A DNA stretch of 64,000 bases, from the NCBI RefSeq assembly GCF_036321535.1, contig NC_087436.1, positions 112,346,001-112,410,000 of the forward strand, written 5' to 3'. Source of the DNA: Camelus dromedarius. Its lineage: Eukaryota. This document shows positions 35,930 to 47,085 of the stretch, one piece after another (the stretch's first letter is position 1; the number at the start of each line of letters is the position of its first letter). The notes under the pieces are model-generated. The model worked only from the letters and a program-made list of their open reading frames with translations, ran no database searches and was not told where the DNA came from. The position numbers were made by a program, and so were the translations under genes.

Positions 35930-36119
35930 CGGGCTCCTGTGGGAGTGTCATTTTGTATGCTAATACATCATAACAAGCGTATAATGAGCTCAAGGTCTGC
36001 TGAGAATTGAATCTCCTGCCATCTTGGGTCTATTGGGAGTTGAATCTTCTGCCACCTTGGTGCTAATTGCTGGGTCATTCCTTTAATGTCTGTGCCCTGC
36101 CGCCTTCCCTCCTGTCTCG
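35930..36119 (-). mobile_element. 5' half (U3) of an ERV LTR
   Basis: Minus strand starts '(C)GAGACAGGAGGGAAGGCGGCAGGGCACA', with duplicated 'ccaag(a/g)tggcag..gattcaa' boxes and 'tattagcatacaaaatgacactcccac'. Confidence 0.7.
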
Positions 36120-37272
36120 CTCGGAAAACAGGAACTTTCTGTTCTCCCTTAGCCATTTCACATCAGTGTTCTCATCTACACAAGGAGAAGAATTCAAATA
36201 TTGTAACAACAGTTACCATTTATAATTAAGTACCTGCTATGGGCTATCTGCCATACATTCTCTGCACAACGACTCGACCCAACCATCACAGCACAACAGC
36301 TTCTAGACATGCTTCTAGATGTGCTGTTCCCTCCATCTGTGTTACACCGTCCCTTCTCCTAAAGTGCTTTTCTCCAGCTCATCACTTAGGTCTCAGGTAA
36401 AGCATGACGATATTGGAGGATGGTTCCGTCCACGCCTTCAGAGGCTATTACAGACCCGCCTGCTGTGTCCTTCCCAAATGTATGTCCTCTTTCCTAACCC
36501 TTATCTCCCGTCATTGTAACTGCATGTTTCTGTGTCTTTCTGCCCTGACACACCGAGAGCTCTGTGAAGGTGGGGTTTAGGGTTGCCTTGTGTACCATTT
36601 GATTCTCAGCCCGGTTCCTGACACACAGTAGGTACTTGATAAGTCGACGGGGAGGGAACTATTGATATTACAGAGAGCATCTGAGACACTCTTTGGCCAC
36701 TTCACGCTTGTGTCTACCTATTTTACAATTTTTGTTACAGTTACCTTGTCCCCAAGAAATGGATTCTACGCTTGGGTATTTTGTTAAACTCTCAGGCAAT
36801 TTTGCCTCTACTTTATACTGTGAGACTTTCCAAATGAGGAAATGCCTGTGAAATTCATGTTTAAGGCACTTTCATTCCCTTGCCACTATTTCCCTGCCAT
36901 GGTGACCTTTAAATTTAGCCTGAGTGTAAGTGGGGTTGTCAGAACATCAGGTTACATTATGCAATGCGCCTATCTGTGCCTTTTAAAGACGAGGCAAGTT
37001 CCAACAGGGACTGCGCAACGGGAAAGGTACCCTGATGATATTCTCAGAGCCACAGCAGCCAGGATTGAACCCGGAAGTGGGTCAGCAGTCCAGAAGCCAC
37101 ATGCTTCTTGGAAATCAGTTTCTGAGGTCCTCGCATATCCTTCCAGAAAATGTCACCCTTGGGTCTTGCGTGGCCTTGCGTCTTCAGGCAGATTGGAGCA
37201 AGTCTTGTGTTTCAGGGAGCAGCATGGAATTGCGCTGCAGGCTTATTTTTCTTTTCTTTCCCAGAGGTGGTG

Positions 37273-37339
37273 TGTGGAGCTGTGTTCTGGGCTCCGCAGA
37301 GAACTGTGGAGCTGTGTTCTGGGCTCCGCAGAGAACTGT
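37273..37339 (+). repeat. Perfect 32-bp tandem duplication
   Basis: TGTGGAGCTGTGTTCTGGGCTCCGCAGAGAAC occurs twice, followed by TGT. Confidence 0.95.
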
Positions 37340-38119
37340 CCCATCTGAACAGAGGCTCACAGGGCTCTTGGCTGGTGGGCAGCTATGCTCCCTAGTGGTG
37401 GTCCACCCCCCCCATCTTTTTTGCAACTGTTGGATTAGCTGCCTGCGTCTCCTTGTTGATAAAAGCTCAAAGGTGGGGCTCAGCAGCTCCCAGAGACCCT
37501 TCCAGCTCTGGGTCGGTGCGGTCCATTTCTTCAGGGTAGTTCCAGAGGCAGAGCTGCGAGGGCAAGCAGTCGGGGGGCATGGGGCAAGGCGGGTAGGGGC
37601 TTGAGCCCCAAAGGATGAGTCAAGGGCTTCTGCACATGCTGTTGTGCTACCATAAAACAAAGACTTCTTGCTCTCCTCTCATCCCCAAAGAATTCGCACA
37701 AGTCTTGAGTCAGAGAAAAAAGAGGAGAAGCAAGCGGGAAGGACACACAGAGATCATAAATGGAAAACACTAGCTCCAGGCCTAGCCTGCTCCTTGGGGA
37801 ACTTCACCGTAGCACTAATCAAAGGACAGCTTCCCGGGCTTTTACCACGACCCAGTCCAGTTTAAATAACAATGGCCTCGTGCAATTTTAGTTTTTAAAG
37901 CCCACTTGCCTGCAGGCAGGATCATCTAATAATAATGAAAGATACCCCAGGGCCCTGACTATATTACAGACACTGTTCTGGAGGCGGTACGTGTAATAGG
38001 TGGAGTCAAAGGAAGCTGTCATTCTTCTAGGCCAAAAATGATTAAATATCACCAATTTCGTGTTTCCATCTAATACTTAGTCTTTTGACTTTTACAGTAA
38101 TCCGCTAAAGACAGTTGTT

Positions 38120-38310
38120 TTCTGGTGTGATGAACTCTAGCTGGGTTTCAAACTCACCTCTGCCACTCTGGTCAAATGTGCCTCAGTGTCTTTTCCTGTA
38201 AAATGGGACTAATAATATTATTTGCTTCATAGAGTTGTCAGAGAATTAAATGAGTTAATAAACATCACAGTACTTGGTACATAGACGTTCAATAAATATA
38301 GGTCATTAGC
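38120..38310 (+). mobile_element. MIR SINE
   Basis: 'gcctcagtgtcttttcctgtaaaatggg...gagaattaaatgagttaata'. Confidence 0.8.
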
Positions 38311-39729
38311 TTTAGCTTTACATAAAGTGATGTTTCAGGTCTTCATTCTAGAAATACCCTGTGCAGTGACAACCAGTGTTTTTTTCTGCTGGACACTTAA
38401 TTCTTCTTCTTCTGCAACAGCACCTCAATTTCCCCTTCAGATAACTCACCCTGCCCTGGCAGGGGCTGTCAATCGAGGACCCTCATTCCCCCAGCTCCAG
38501 AGTAAATATGTGGCCCAAGGTGGGTCAATCTCAATTGTTCCTACATCCCATACTTCCCAAAGTCAGGCTCATCTGCTTTCCCTCTGATTCTGCATCTATT
38601 CTGTGTCCTCCCAGTATGTTCCCTTTTTGCACAATGGGTGGTAGGGTGGGGGGAGGTAAGGGAGGTAATTCAGCAGATGGTTAATAGTTAATTAGTTTCT
38701 GTCATTGCAACCAAAGACCCTTAGCATATATATCATTAGAAATAGGCATTTTAACCTATTCTTTCTAAATAATGAAACTAGCTAGCACATACTGACTCTC
38801 CATCTGGACCTTTATTACTGGGTTATGCTTAACAGATCCCTGCAACAGTCGGTGTCATTAGCCCCATTGCACACACTGAAAAAGCAAGGACCTAGGTTTT
38901 CATGCCAGCTCTTCTAGTCAGTGGCTGTGCATCCTTGAGCAAGCCTCTGACCCTCTCTGAATCTCAGTATCCTGATGTGAGACGTGGAGCTGGTTACACG
39001 GCCCACCCCTGGGTGGTTTTGAGAATCAAACGAGACGATGGTGGTATAAAAGCACTTTGCCAGCGGGTTAAGTGCTGCATAAATGTAAAGTTGCACTACG
39101 GTTTTCTTTGGCCAAAGGATATATTTTAATGCCTCTTCCTCGTGCCTAATACAAGCCATTTGTTCTTTCTGCACAAAAATGATAATTTTTAAAATGCAGA
39201 TTTTCACGTGAAAGTCCCAACTAATATAGACCCCAGGATAATGAGATTCTCTCCCTTGAAAGCAACATTGTCCCTCCGTGGGTTTCCTGGCTGCTTTATT
39301 CCCTAGCCAGATCCATCATGGCTGAAGCTTATGTTCTTTGCTTTTCTGATCAAACTTAGAGCCCTTTCCTCTCCTTTCACTTTTATTTCCCCTCCATCTT
39401 TCCCAATCTCACAGCTCCCCAAGGACCGATAAATGCCAGCAGTGACTGCACACAGCCTTACGAGGGGTTTTAGTAAATTAGGGATTAGATCCAACTTTCT
39501 GTATCGGAACTGAGATTCAAATGAAGGTTTTCCAAAGTCTACTGAGGATTATATAAAGAGTAAGCATGAATAGTGAAAATTAGGGATATTATTTCCAAAT
39601 GCCAGTATTTTTAATGGGCAAATAATGCAGGGGATCAAGCTGCAGTATATTAGCAAAGAATAAAGACAAATGAGACTAAGGTAAACATATTTCACTTGTG
39701 AAGGCCAGATGAATATTCTTATTGGCCCA

Positions 39730-39748
39730 TAGTGCCATCTTGTGGGCC
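39730..39748 (-). promoter_or_regulatory. CTCF motif
   Basis: Minus strand reads GGCCCACAAGATGGCACTA, in repeat-free sequence. Confidence 0.65.
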
Positions 39749-40424
39749 ATTTTTAAACAGGGTTCAGTTTCCAGTTGTGATTGCATTAGCTTGACTACTC
39801 CTAATCACTTAAAGCATCCATTAGAGCCTGCAGTGATCTCACCAGTAACCCGGGAGAGCACAGATGATCACACCCGGTAGACTCTCAAATGTGTCATCCA
39901 TGGTTGACCAGTCATCCCATGCCTTAAGCTTTCCCTCTTGGCCCTCTGGAGTAGTAGATGTCTACGGTCCTTCTCTCTGACAATATCCTTCTAGCTGTCT
40001 TCACTTTATCCACATAACTCCTAAAGTCTCGTCTTTGCTTTCTCACCACACGTGCAGTGGCTCTTCACCTTTTCATAGATGACATAACCTACAGAGAACC
40101 AATGATCAGCCATGGACTGTGGTCCTTCTTCCCAGAAAATGACACTCATATGACCCTCCCCTTCACACACATACTCTCTGTCATACAAATACACACACAT
40201 GTGCTTACCCAACTGTGCCAAAAATTTCAAGGGGTTCACAAAGCCCTTGACTCCTTGTTTAGAATGTTTGTATCAAAGCATTTCCTTCAGTGATGTTATG
40301 GAATCTCAGACATTTAACTATCACATCTCTGAACATGCCTCTCAGTTTTCCATATTCCTTTCTATATTCAGTCCTTCACTTCCAACCACCCCCACTATTC
40401 TTGATTTAAATACCCCACCCTTTT

Positions 40425-40588
40425 TTCTTTTTTTATTTTAGTCAGGGGGAAGGTGGGGAGGGGGTTTGAGGGGAGGTAATTAGGTTTATTTATTTATTTA
40501 TTTTTGCAGGAGATACTGGAGATTGAACTTAGGACCTCTTGCATACTAAGCATGCGCTCTACCACTTGAGCTATACCCTCCCCTCCAT
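40425..40588 (-). mobile_element. Vic-1 camelid tRNA-derived SINE
   Basis: Antisense 'gggtatagctcaagtggtagagcgcatgcttag...aaataaacctaattacctcccc'. TSD CCCACCCTTTT at 40414-40424 and 40589-40599. Confidence 0.92.
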
Positions 40589-40761
40589 CCCACCCTTTTC
40601 TATAGCTGCCTTTCAACAAGCTGATCCTCTCTCATAAAATGCCTCTGGGCACGTTCATATTCTGTTCACCTTTCAAAGCCTGGCTCCTCTGCCCCCATCT
40701 CTGAGAAGCCAACCCTTAATCAGAGAGAATTAAACCTTCCCTTTTGTGACCTTGTACACCA

Positions 40762-40828
40762 ATTCTTTACCTAAAATATTCTTTACCTAAAATTCTTTAC
40801 CTAAAATATTTATTCTTTGCCTAAAATA
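40762..40828 (+). repeat. Short tandem array of ATTCTTT(A/G)CCTAAAAT, four copies
   Basis: Seen directly, with variable spacing between units. Confidence 0.9.
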
Positions 40829-41296
40829 TGTCAGACTCTCCATAGTTTTTAACTGGCTGAGTAGATGTTAATTCTTGAGGAAAGAAAGCGCATCCCATTT
40901 ACCTTCACAGCTTCCATAATGATGAAGGGTGGGCTCATTTGTAGTTGTTCCCCTAGTATCTGTGAAGTTGGAAGACTCGGTTTAATTTCTTACTCTACAC
41001 CTTACAGTGTGACCATGAGCAAGGCAGTTAAGCTTTCCAAGCCTGGGTTCTTCTGTCCACAGGGATCTGACAGCTTCTGCACGTCCTTGGGAGGACTCAA
41101 CCAGGCGATGCCTGTAATGCACTTGGTACGTTTTCCCACACATGGTTGGTCAAAATACATTTCTTGACTAAAAGGATCCTCAGATGAGAAAAAGGAGTTG
41201 AAGTCACTGTCTCCCCCTAAAAATGTCTTCCTATGATTTTTGGAAACAAGTTGCTCGTCCCTTACTTCAATAAAACTGATTAAGAAGTCCCTAAAT

Positions 41297-41455
41297 GGGG
41301 GACAGAGTATAGTTCAAGCAGTAGAGCACATGTTTAGCATGAGGAGGTCCTGGGTTCAATCCCCAGTACTGCCTCTAAAAATAAATAAATAAACCTAATT
41401 ACCTCCCCTACCAATAAATAAGTAAATAATTTTTTAAAGAAAATATAAAAAAAAA
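41297..41455 (+). mobile_element. Vic-1 SINE
   Basis: 'gtatagttcaagcagtagagcacatg...ggtcctgggttcaatccccagtac...aaacctaattacctcccc'. TSD aagaagtccctaaat/aaaaagtcccttaat. Confidence 0.92.
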
Positions 41456-41899
41456 AAAAAGTCCCTTAATTTTAGAAACTGAACTGGGTACCAGAGACAA
41501 AAAGACAAATCAGTATGTTGCCCCAATAGATCCAAGCTTTGAATCTTCTCAATCAATACTGAGATACCTTCCTCACAAGTCATTATTATATTAATCATAT
41601 TTATGAGAGGAAATTTTTAAAGCAATATTTTATTTAGCACTGTATGCCTAGCTTTTCAGTCTGAGCTGACAGTTTGCAGGGGTCATCTGCTGTGGCTGGA
41701 TTCAGTCTCACGATATTAATGATTTTAACAGTGCCTGCAAGTTGTCCATAGTACAGTAGAAAGAACATGAAAATTGGAGGTAGAGGGTCTAACTCCAAAA
41801 CACATTGCCAGCGAAGATTAAACCCGGACCTCCGCCATTCACTGAGGTGCTCACAACTGTTGATAGAAATCTGTTGCTATCCTCCAGCATAATTTTTGT

Positions 41900-43140
41900 G
41901 CAAAAAAAAATTCTTTTTAGAAGTTTATATTTCTGATTAAAAATCTGTTTGCTTTATAACTTAAAAAGTATCTTCCTGAGTTCTGCCATATTACTTGTCA
42001 GATTACTCTTAGAACGTTGATCCCCTCCCATCAGTGGAAAGGTGAAGCTTCCTGTTCCCCCGCATCCTTGCCATCCTTGCTGGACTTAATGTTCTCTGAC
42101 AGTCTGATTTTTATCCACCTGACAGGTGTAATGTGATATTTCATTACTATTTAAATTGGGCATTCCTATGATTATGAGTGAGACTGAACTCTTTTCTATA
42201 CTTGTAAGCCCCTTGAATTTCCCAATCTGATTCCCCTCCTCTTTGACCACCGTGTTGGTATTTGTGCCCTTTTCCTGTTGATTTGCACGAGCACTTTGTA
42301 TTTCTGAGGTACTAATTCCATTCAAAAATTCTCCTATTTTTCCACTACCTTGCCAGTTTATGTTTCACATTTAAGTCTCAAATTATCTGTAAGTTCCCCC
42401 TTTGTGTATGGTGTGAGGTAGGGATCCCACTTTATTTTCTATATAATATTAATCCATTTCCTAATATCAGCTTCTTAAGAACCTGTCCTTTCACCACTGA
42501 TTTGTCTCATCTGTGTTATACATCACGTTCCTAGATACATGTGCATCTGCTGCTAGGCGTTGTTTTGCTCCATTGCTGCAGCTGGCTATTCCTGCCCCAG
42601 CACTGTTTTTGTTGTTACAGTTAGGTAGTAGGTCTTCATACCTGCTAAGGAATTCCTCCTTATTTTCTCTCCTTTTTTAAAAATTGACTTGGCTACTCAT
42701 GGGCTTTTAATATTAGCTGCAAATAACATTAGCTGAGAGGCTGCCAACCTTATCAAAAAATAAAGCTGAAATTTTTAAAATTGCATTTAATTTCTGAATT
42801 AATTTTAGGAGTTTTGACTCCATTTCAAGTTTAAGGCATCCCAATCATGAACATAATGGTACACTCATATTTTCAAGTGCTTGTATGTGTTTTTTAAAAA
42901 AATTAAATTATTCTCTGTAGAGTTTTTGTGCATTCTTTGTTGAGTAAACTCTTAGAGATGCTATAGCTTTATTGCTATTGTGAAAGTTATGTGCTTTTCC
43001 ATTATGTTTTCTAGTTTTGATCACTGGTGCAGAAGGACATTATCACCTGAATAGTCTCTGCTGACATTACTGAACTTTCCCATTAGTTCTAACAGTTCGT
43101 GACTCTGAGTTGCTATGTGGATTCTCATATCATCCTCCCC
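41900..43140 (-). mobile_element. Old L1M ORF2 remnant
   Basis: 'tgtatggtgtgaggtagggatcccactttatttt', 'cccaatcatgaacat'. Confidence 0.8.
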
Positions 43141-43144
43141 AGGA

Positions 43145-43235
43145 TGTACAGGAGGAGAAGCTAAAATCCAGTCTACTAGCTGCCTAGTAGAATCTGTACA
43201 GGAGGAGAAGCTAAAATCCAGTCTACTAGCTGCCT
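43145..43235 (+). repeat. 41-bp direct duplication with a 9-bp spacer
   Basis: TGTACAGGAGGAGAAGCTAAAATCCAGTCTACTAGCTGCCT at 43145-43185 and 43195-43235. Confidence 0.95.
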
Positions 43236-43326
43236 CCTAGTGAGTTTAAAGAGGAGAGGAGACCGTGCCTCCGAATGCTGTTCTCAGTCTCTCCCATTTG
43301 CCTCCACACCAGGCAACGCTGGCCTC

Positions 43327-43793
43327 TGTGTTCATTTCCCAGGGTTGTCTTAACAGAGGACCACAGTTGGTGGGTTAAGCAACATTAATTCATTGTCTCA
43401 CAGTTCTGGAGGCTAGAGGTCCATGATCAAGTGTTGGCAAAGTTGATTCCCTCTGAGACCTACGAGGAAGAACCTGTTCCATGCCTCTCCCCTGGCTTCT
43501 AGGGATGTGCTGGTCAATTTGATGTTTCTTGGCTTGTAGAAGCCTCCCACCCATCTCTGCCTTAATTTTTGCATGGTGCTCCCCCTGTGTGGGTTTGCCT
43601 GTGCCCAATATCCCCTCTTTATAAGGACACCAGTCGTACTGGTTAGGGGCCCAGTATGGATTGGAACTCTATTCCAGTGTCACCTCATCTTAATTAATTG
43701 CATTTGCATTTGGGACCAGATAAGGTCCCATCTTGAGATACTGAGGATTAGGACTGCAACATATGAATTTTAAGAGACACACCTCAACCTTCA
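43327..43793 (-). mobile_element. MLT1B/C-like MaLR solo LTR
   Basis: 'ttgtctcacagttctggaggctagaggtcca...ataaggacaccagtc...ggattaggactgcaacatatgaatttt'. Confidence 0.9.
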
Positions 43794-45092
43794 AAGAACC
43801 TTCCTGGACCCCTGTCCTGAGTGCTACAATTTAGAATCTAATCATCTCCGCCTTGATCTGGAGAGGAATGAAGAGGAGGTTTGTCCACAGCAGTCATTTG
43901 CTTCCCACCCCACTGCTTGTGAGTGACAGTCCCTGTGGTCCCCAGCCAGGGCTGAACTCGTGTTCCTGGTTTCCACTGACAGAAAACAGAGAAGAGAGAA
44001 GCCAATACGAGAGGGTCCTCCACCCCCGGGGCTTACTCTCTCCACTCCGAGCTGTCTCTTTCCCTCCACATTGTGGCCCAGCCACTGTTTTTTCTCCAGG
44101 ATTTGATCACAGTTTTATTCACACCCTCCGACCTTCTCTATTGCTTCACCCACTTCAAAGGATGCTTTCAAGGGAGAGACACAGTCCGTGTTAATTTGCT
44201 ATCTAGTCAGAATCATCCTTTGCCTGGAGTTGTTCTCTAAACACTTCGATATACAGCCCAGCCCAACCATTAGTTCACCAGCTATTTCTGATTTTAAAAA
44301 GGAAAAAAAAAAAAAAAAAAAAAGAGCTTTCACAGTTCTAACAATGGAGGTACATGGTTAGGTAATTAAAGCTAAAAGCAAAGTTTTAAAACATATCTTA
44401 AAGATTTTTGCTCCAGAAAGACTAAGCAGCCATGGAAAAGTTAAGACATTGATAAATGATGGTTTTCCAGGCACGATTATTGTTGCAAACAAAAGGATGC
44501 TTGCTAAAAGGCCACAGATGCATTTGTTTTGCTTTTCAGCCGTTTTTCAGTTGATGGTTCCTTTTTTGTTGTGGTTCCTCCTCCTGCTCTAATGCACTGT
44601 GACCAGCTGCACGGGATGCAGGCACCCGGGGGCGGGGGCGCGATGCTCAGAGCCTTGCCTTTGCTGCTAACTGAGTCACCTTGAGTGGGTCGCGGGGCCT
44701 CAGTCTTCCTCTCTGTCCAGCAAGGGGTTGAAATGCCCAAGTTCTCACCAAAGCTGACATGAAATAGTGTTTGCTTGTCATGGAGTGAAGATGACGGTGC
44801 ATGCTGTTTTTGTTAGTTTCTCTGAGAACTTAAAGGAGCCAAATCTCCAAGAAATTTCGCTCTTATTTTTCTCTCACATTTATGTAGCTCACCAAGATGA
44901 CCTATGAAAAGATTTGAAATCAAAGTGGTTTTATATATCTAATGGTAACACAAGCTTTATAAGCACACGATTTGACCTCAATGTCTAAGTGACTACTTAA
45001 AGAATGAACACATTCTGAAAACATCTGAAAGAATACAAGAAGAAGCAAGTGTTCTTTTGATTTAAGGAATTTACTTCAAAAAATGAAGGGGT

Positions 45093-45729
45093 TACAGACT
45101 CAGAGAGATAAGAGAACAAACTAGTGGTTACCACTGGGGAGCAGGGGAGGGGCAAGATAGAAATAGGGGATTTAGAAATACAAACTATTATGCATCAAAT
45201 AAGCAATAAGGATATATTGTATAACACAAGGACTATAGCTAATATTTTATAATAACTATAAATGGAGTATGACTTAAAATTATGAATCACTGTATTGTAC
45301 AGCTGTAACTTATATAATATCTGGAAAATATAATTCAAAAAGACACATGCACCCCAATGTTCACAACAGCACTATTTACAATAGCCAAGACATGAAAACA
45401 ACCCAAATGTGCATCAACAGATGACTGTGTAAAGAAGATTTGAGATAGATATATATAGATATAGATGTAGATAGATAGATAGATAGACAGATATACACAC
45501 ACACTGGAATATTACTCAGCCATAATAAATAAATAAATAATGCCATTTGCAGCAACATGGATGGACCTGGAGATTGTCACTCGAAGTGAGGTAAATCAGA
45601 AAGAGAAAGAAAAATACCACAGGATATCACTTATATGTGGAATCTGAAAAGACACAAATAAACTTATCTGTAAAAAAGAAACAGACTCACAGACATAGAG
45701 AACAAACTTATGGTTATCAGCGGAGGGGA
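45093..45729 (+). mobile_element. Two adjacent L1 pieces: a 3'UTR piece (about 45093-45320) followed by ORF2 end and start of 3'UTR (about 45321-45729) with a (TAGA)n expansion
   Basis: 'acagactca...gagaacaaac...tggtta' occurs twice, and 'gacacatgcaccccaatgttcacaacagcactatttacaatagccaaga' is L1 ORF2. Confidence 0.88.
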
Positions 45730-46949
45730 ATTAAGAAACTCCCCCCAACCCGAGAGCTGGTGTTTAAACACTCACCAGCACACCCCTGAATGCTGTATGT
45801 GCCAAGTAAACACAAAATGTCTCCCAAAAAGCAAAGGATGATAGTGATTAGATATCATTAGGGGCTCTGCTGATGGAAACAAAAAACGGAGTCAAAAGTT
45901 GTCTTCTCACTGCCACCTCATTCCTACATCAGACATGACACCACTGTGTTCAAAGGGACTCAGCTGTAAGTCTAGGCAACCCATCTGCTGTCTGCCCCTA
46001 TCAGTGAGTAAAATATTTCACTCTTCAGACTCCCAGCTGAGAAGGTTTTAATACCTGTATTTCTTTATATTATCCTGAATGTAAATGTAAAGTTTCTGGT
46101 CAAGGTGATCATTATTATTTACTTACAGCAATACCTGCATTCACTTCCTCACACTTCATTCTTCTCCCTCCTGTGCTGAGGCAGTGAGAGCCCCCCCCCA
46201 ACCCCAAGTACATACAAAGGGAGATGCTCAACCACAGGGAAGGAACCTTGACGATATGAATCCGGGAGCATATGAGCGTATCTCCCCCAACACTCCAGAG
46301 AGAGGGAGGGAAGCCTCATCTCCTTAAAGTGTATGTATTCCCTTTGGCAAAAGAAGGGGAAAGCTCCTGGATTTTTACCCTTTGGAATTTAAATAAGTGT
46401 CTCCAGGGGATAGAGAAGACAAACTGGAGTTTATAACCAAGGATATCATGCCCCTTTGAGATGAAACACATGGAGAAAGAAGCCTTCTGAGGTCTCTGGG
46501 CTTTCCAATCATCCTTTAACTTCCCAGACTGGTCCTTTCATCCAAGTGTTAGATTTCTTTGCTCAGAAAGCCCTACCCATGTGAAAACATAAAGATATTT
46601 CCTCTACTGCCCCACGCAGTCATCTAGGAAAAGGAAGAAGTACAGATTCTGAAGTTTTACTTAAAAAGAACTAAAAGGAGAACAAAACTCCTTGGCTGTC
46701 CTCAGCTCCTGGAGTCTTCTTTTGTGATTATTCCAAACACCAAAGCAAAGGTGTCATCAAAAGAGGCAGCCCCAACTTATAGACATTTAAAATGGAGCAT
46801 ATAAACTTCTTGAGGACGGCATTTGGTCTCATGAACAAACGTAACTAACAGATTCTGCTTCTGCAAGAGAATAGGAAGTAAACTCATCAGGCAGAATTGG
46901 TGGCCGGTCTCCCCATGGCCATGTCAGGTGAGCTGGAAGCCCCCTGAGG

Positions 46950-47085
46950 GCAGCAGTTCTCAAACACAGCCTGAGACCGGCTGTATCTTCATCACCGGAA
47001 CTCACACAGACCTCCTGAATTGGACTCGCCGAGATTCTGTTGCCTTGGAAGCCATATTTTTACAGTGTTGCAGATAATCCCAAAA
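46950..47085. mobile_element. MER5A-like hAT DNA transposon remnant
   Basis: 'cagcagttctcaaac...atcaccggaactc...gagattctg'. Confidence 0.55.

Noticed and set aside
36842..37770. Overlapping long ORFs as a CDS
   Set aside because: No recognisable homology, both strands are open, and a 32-bp frameshifting duplication lies inside them.
40762..40828. Short repeat array as CRISPR-like
   Set aside because: No unique spacers, eukaryotic context, and consistent with simple slippage.
46170..46620. Possible old ERVL-type LTR
   Set aside because: LTR-like in character, but I could not fix termini, a TSD or a family.
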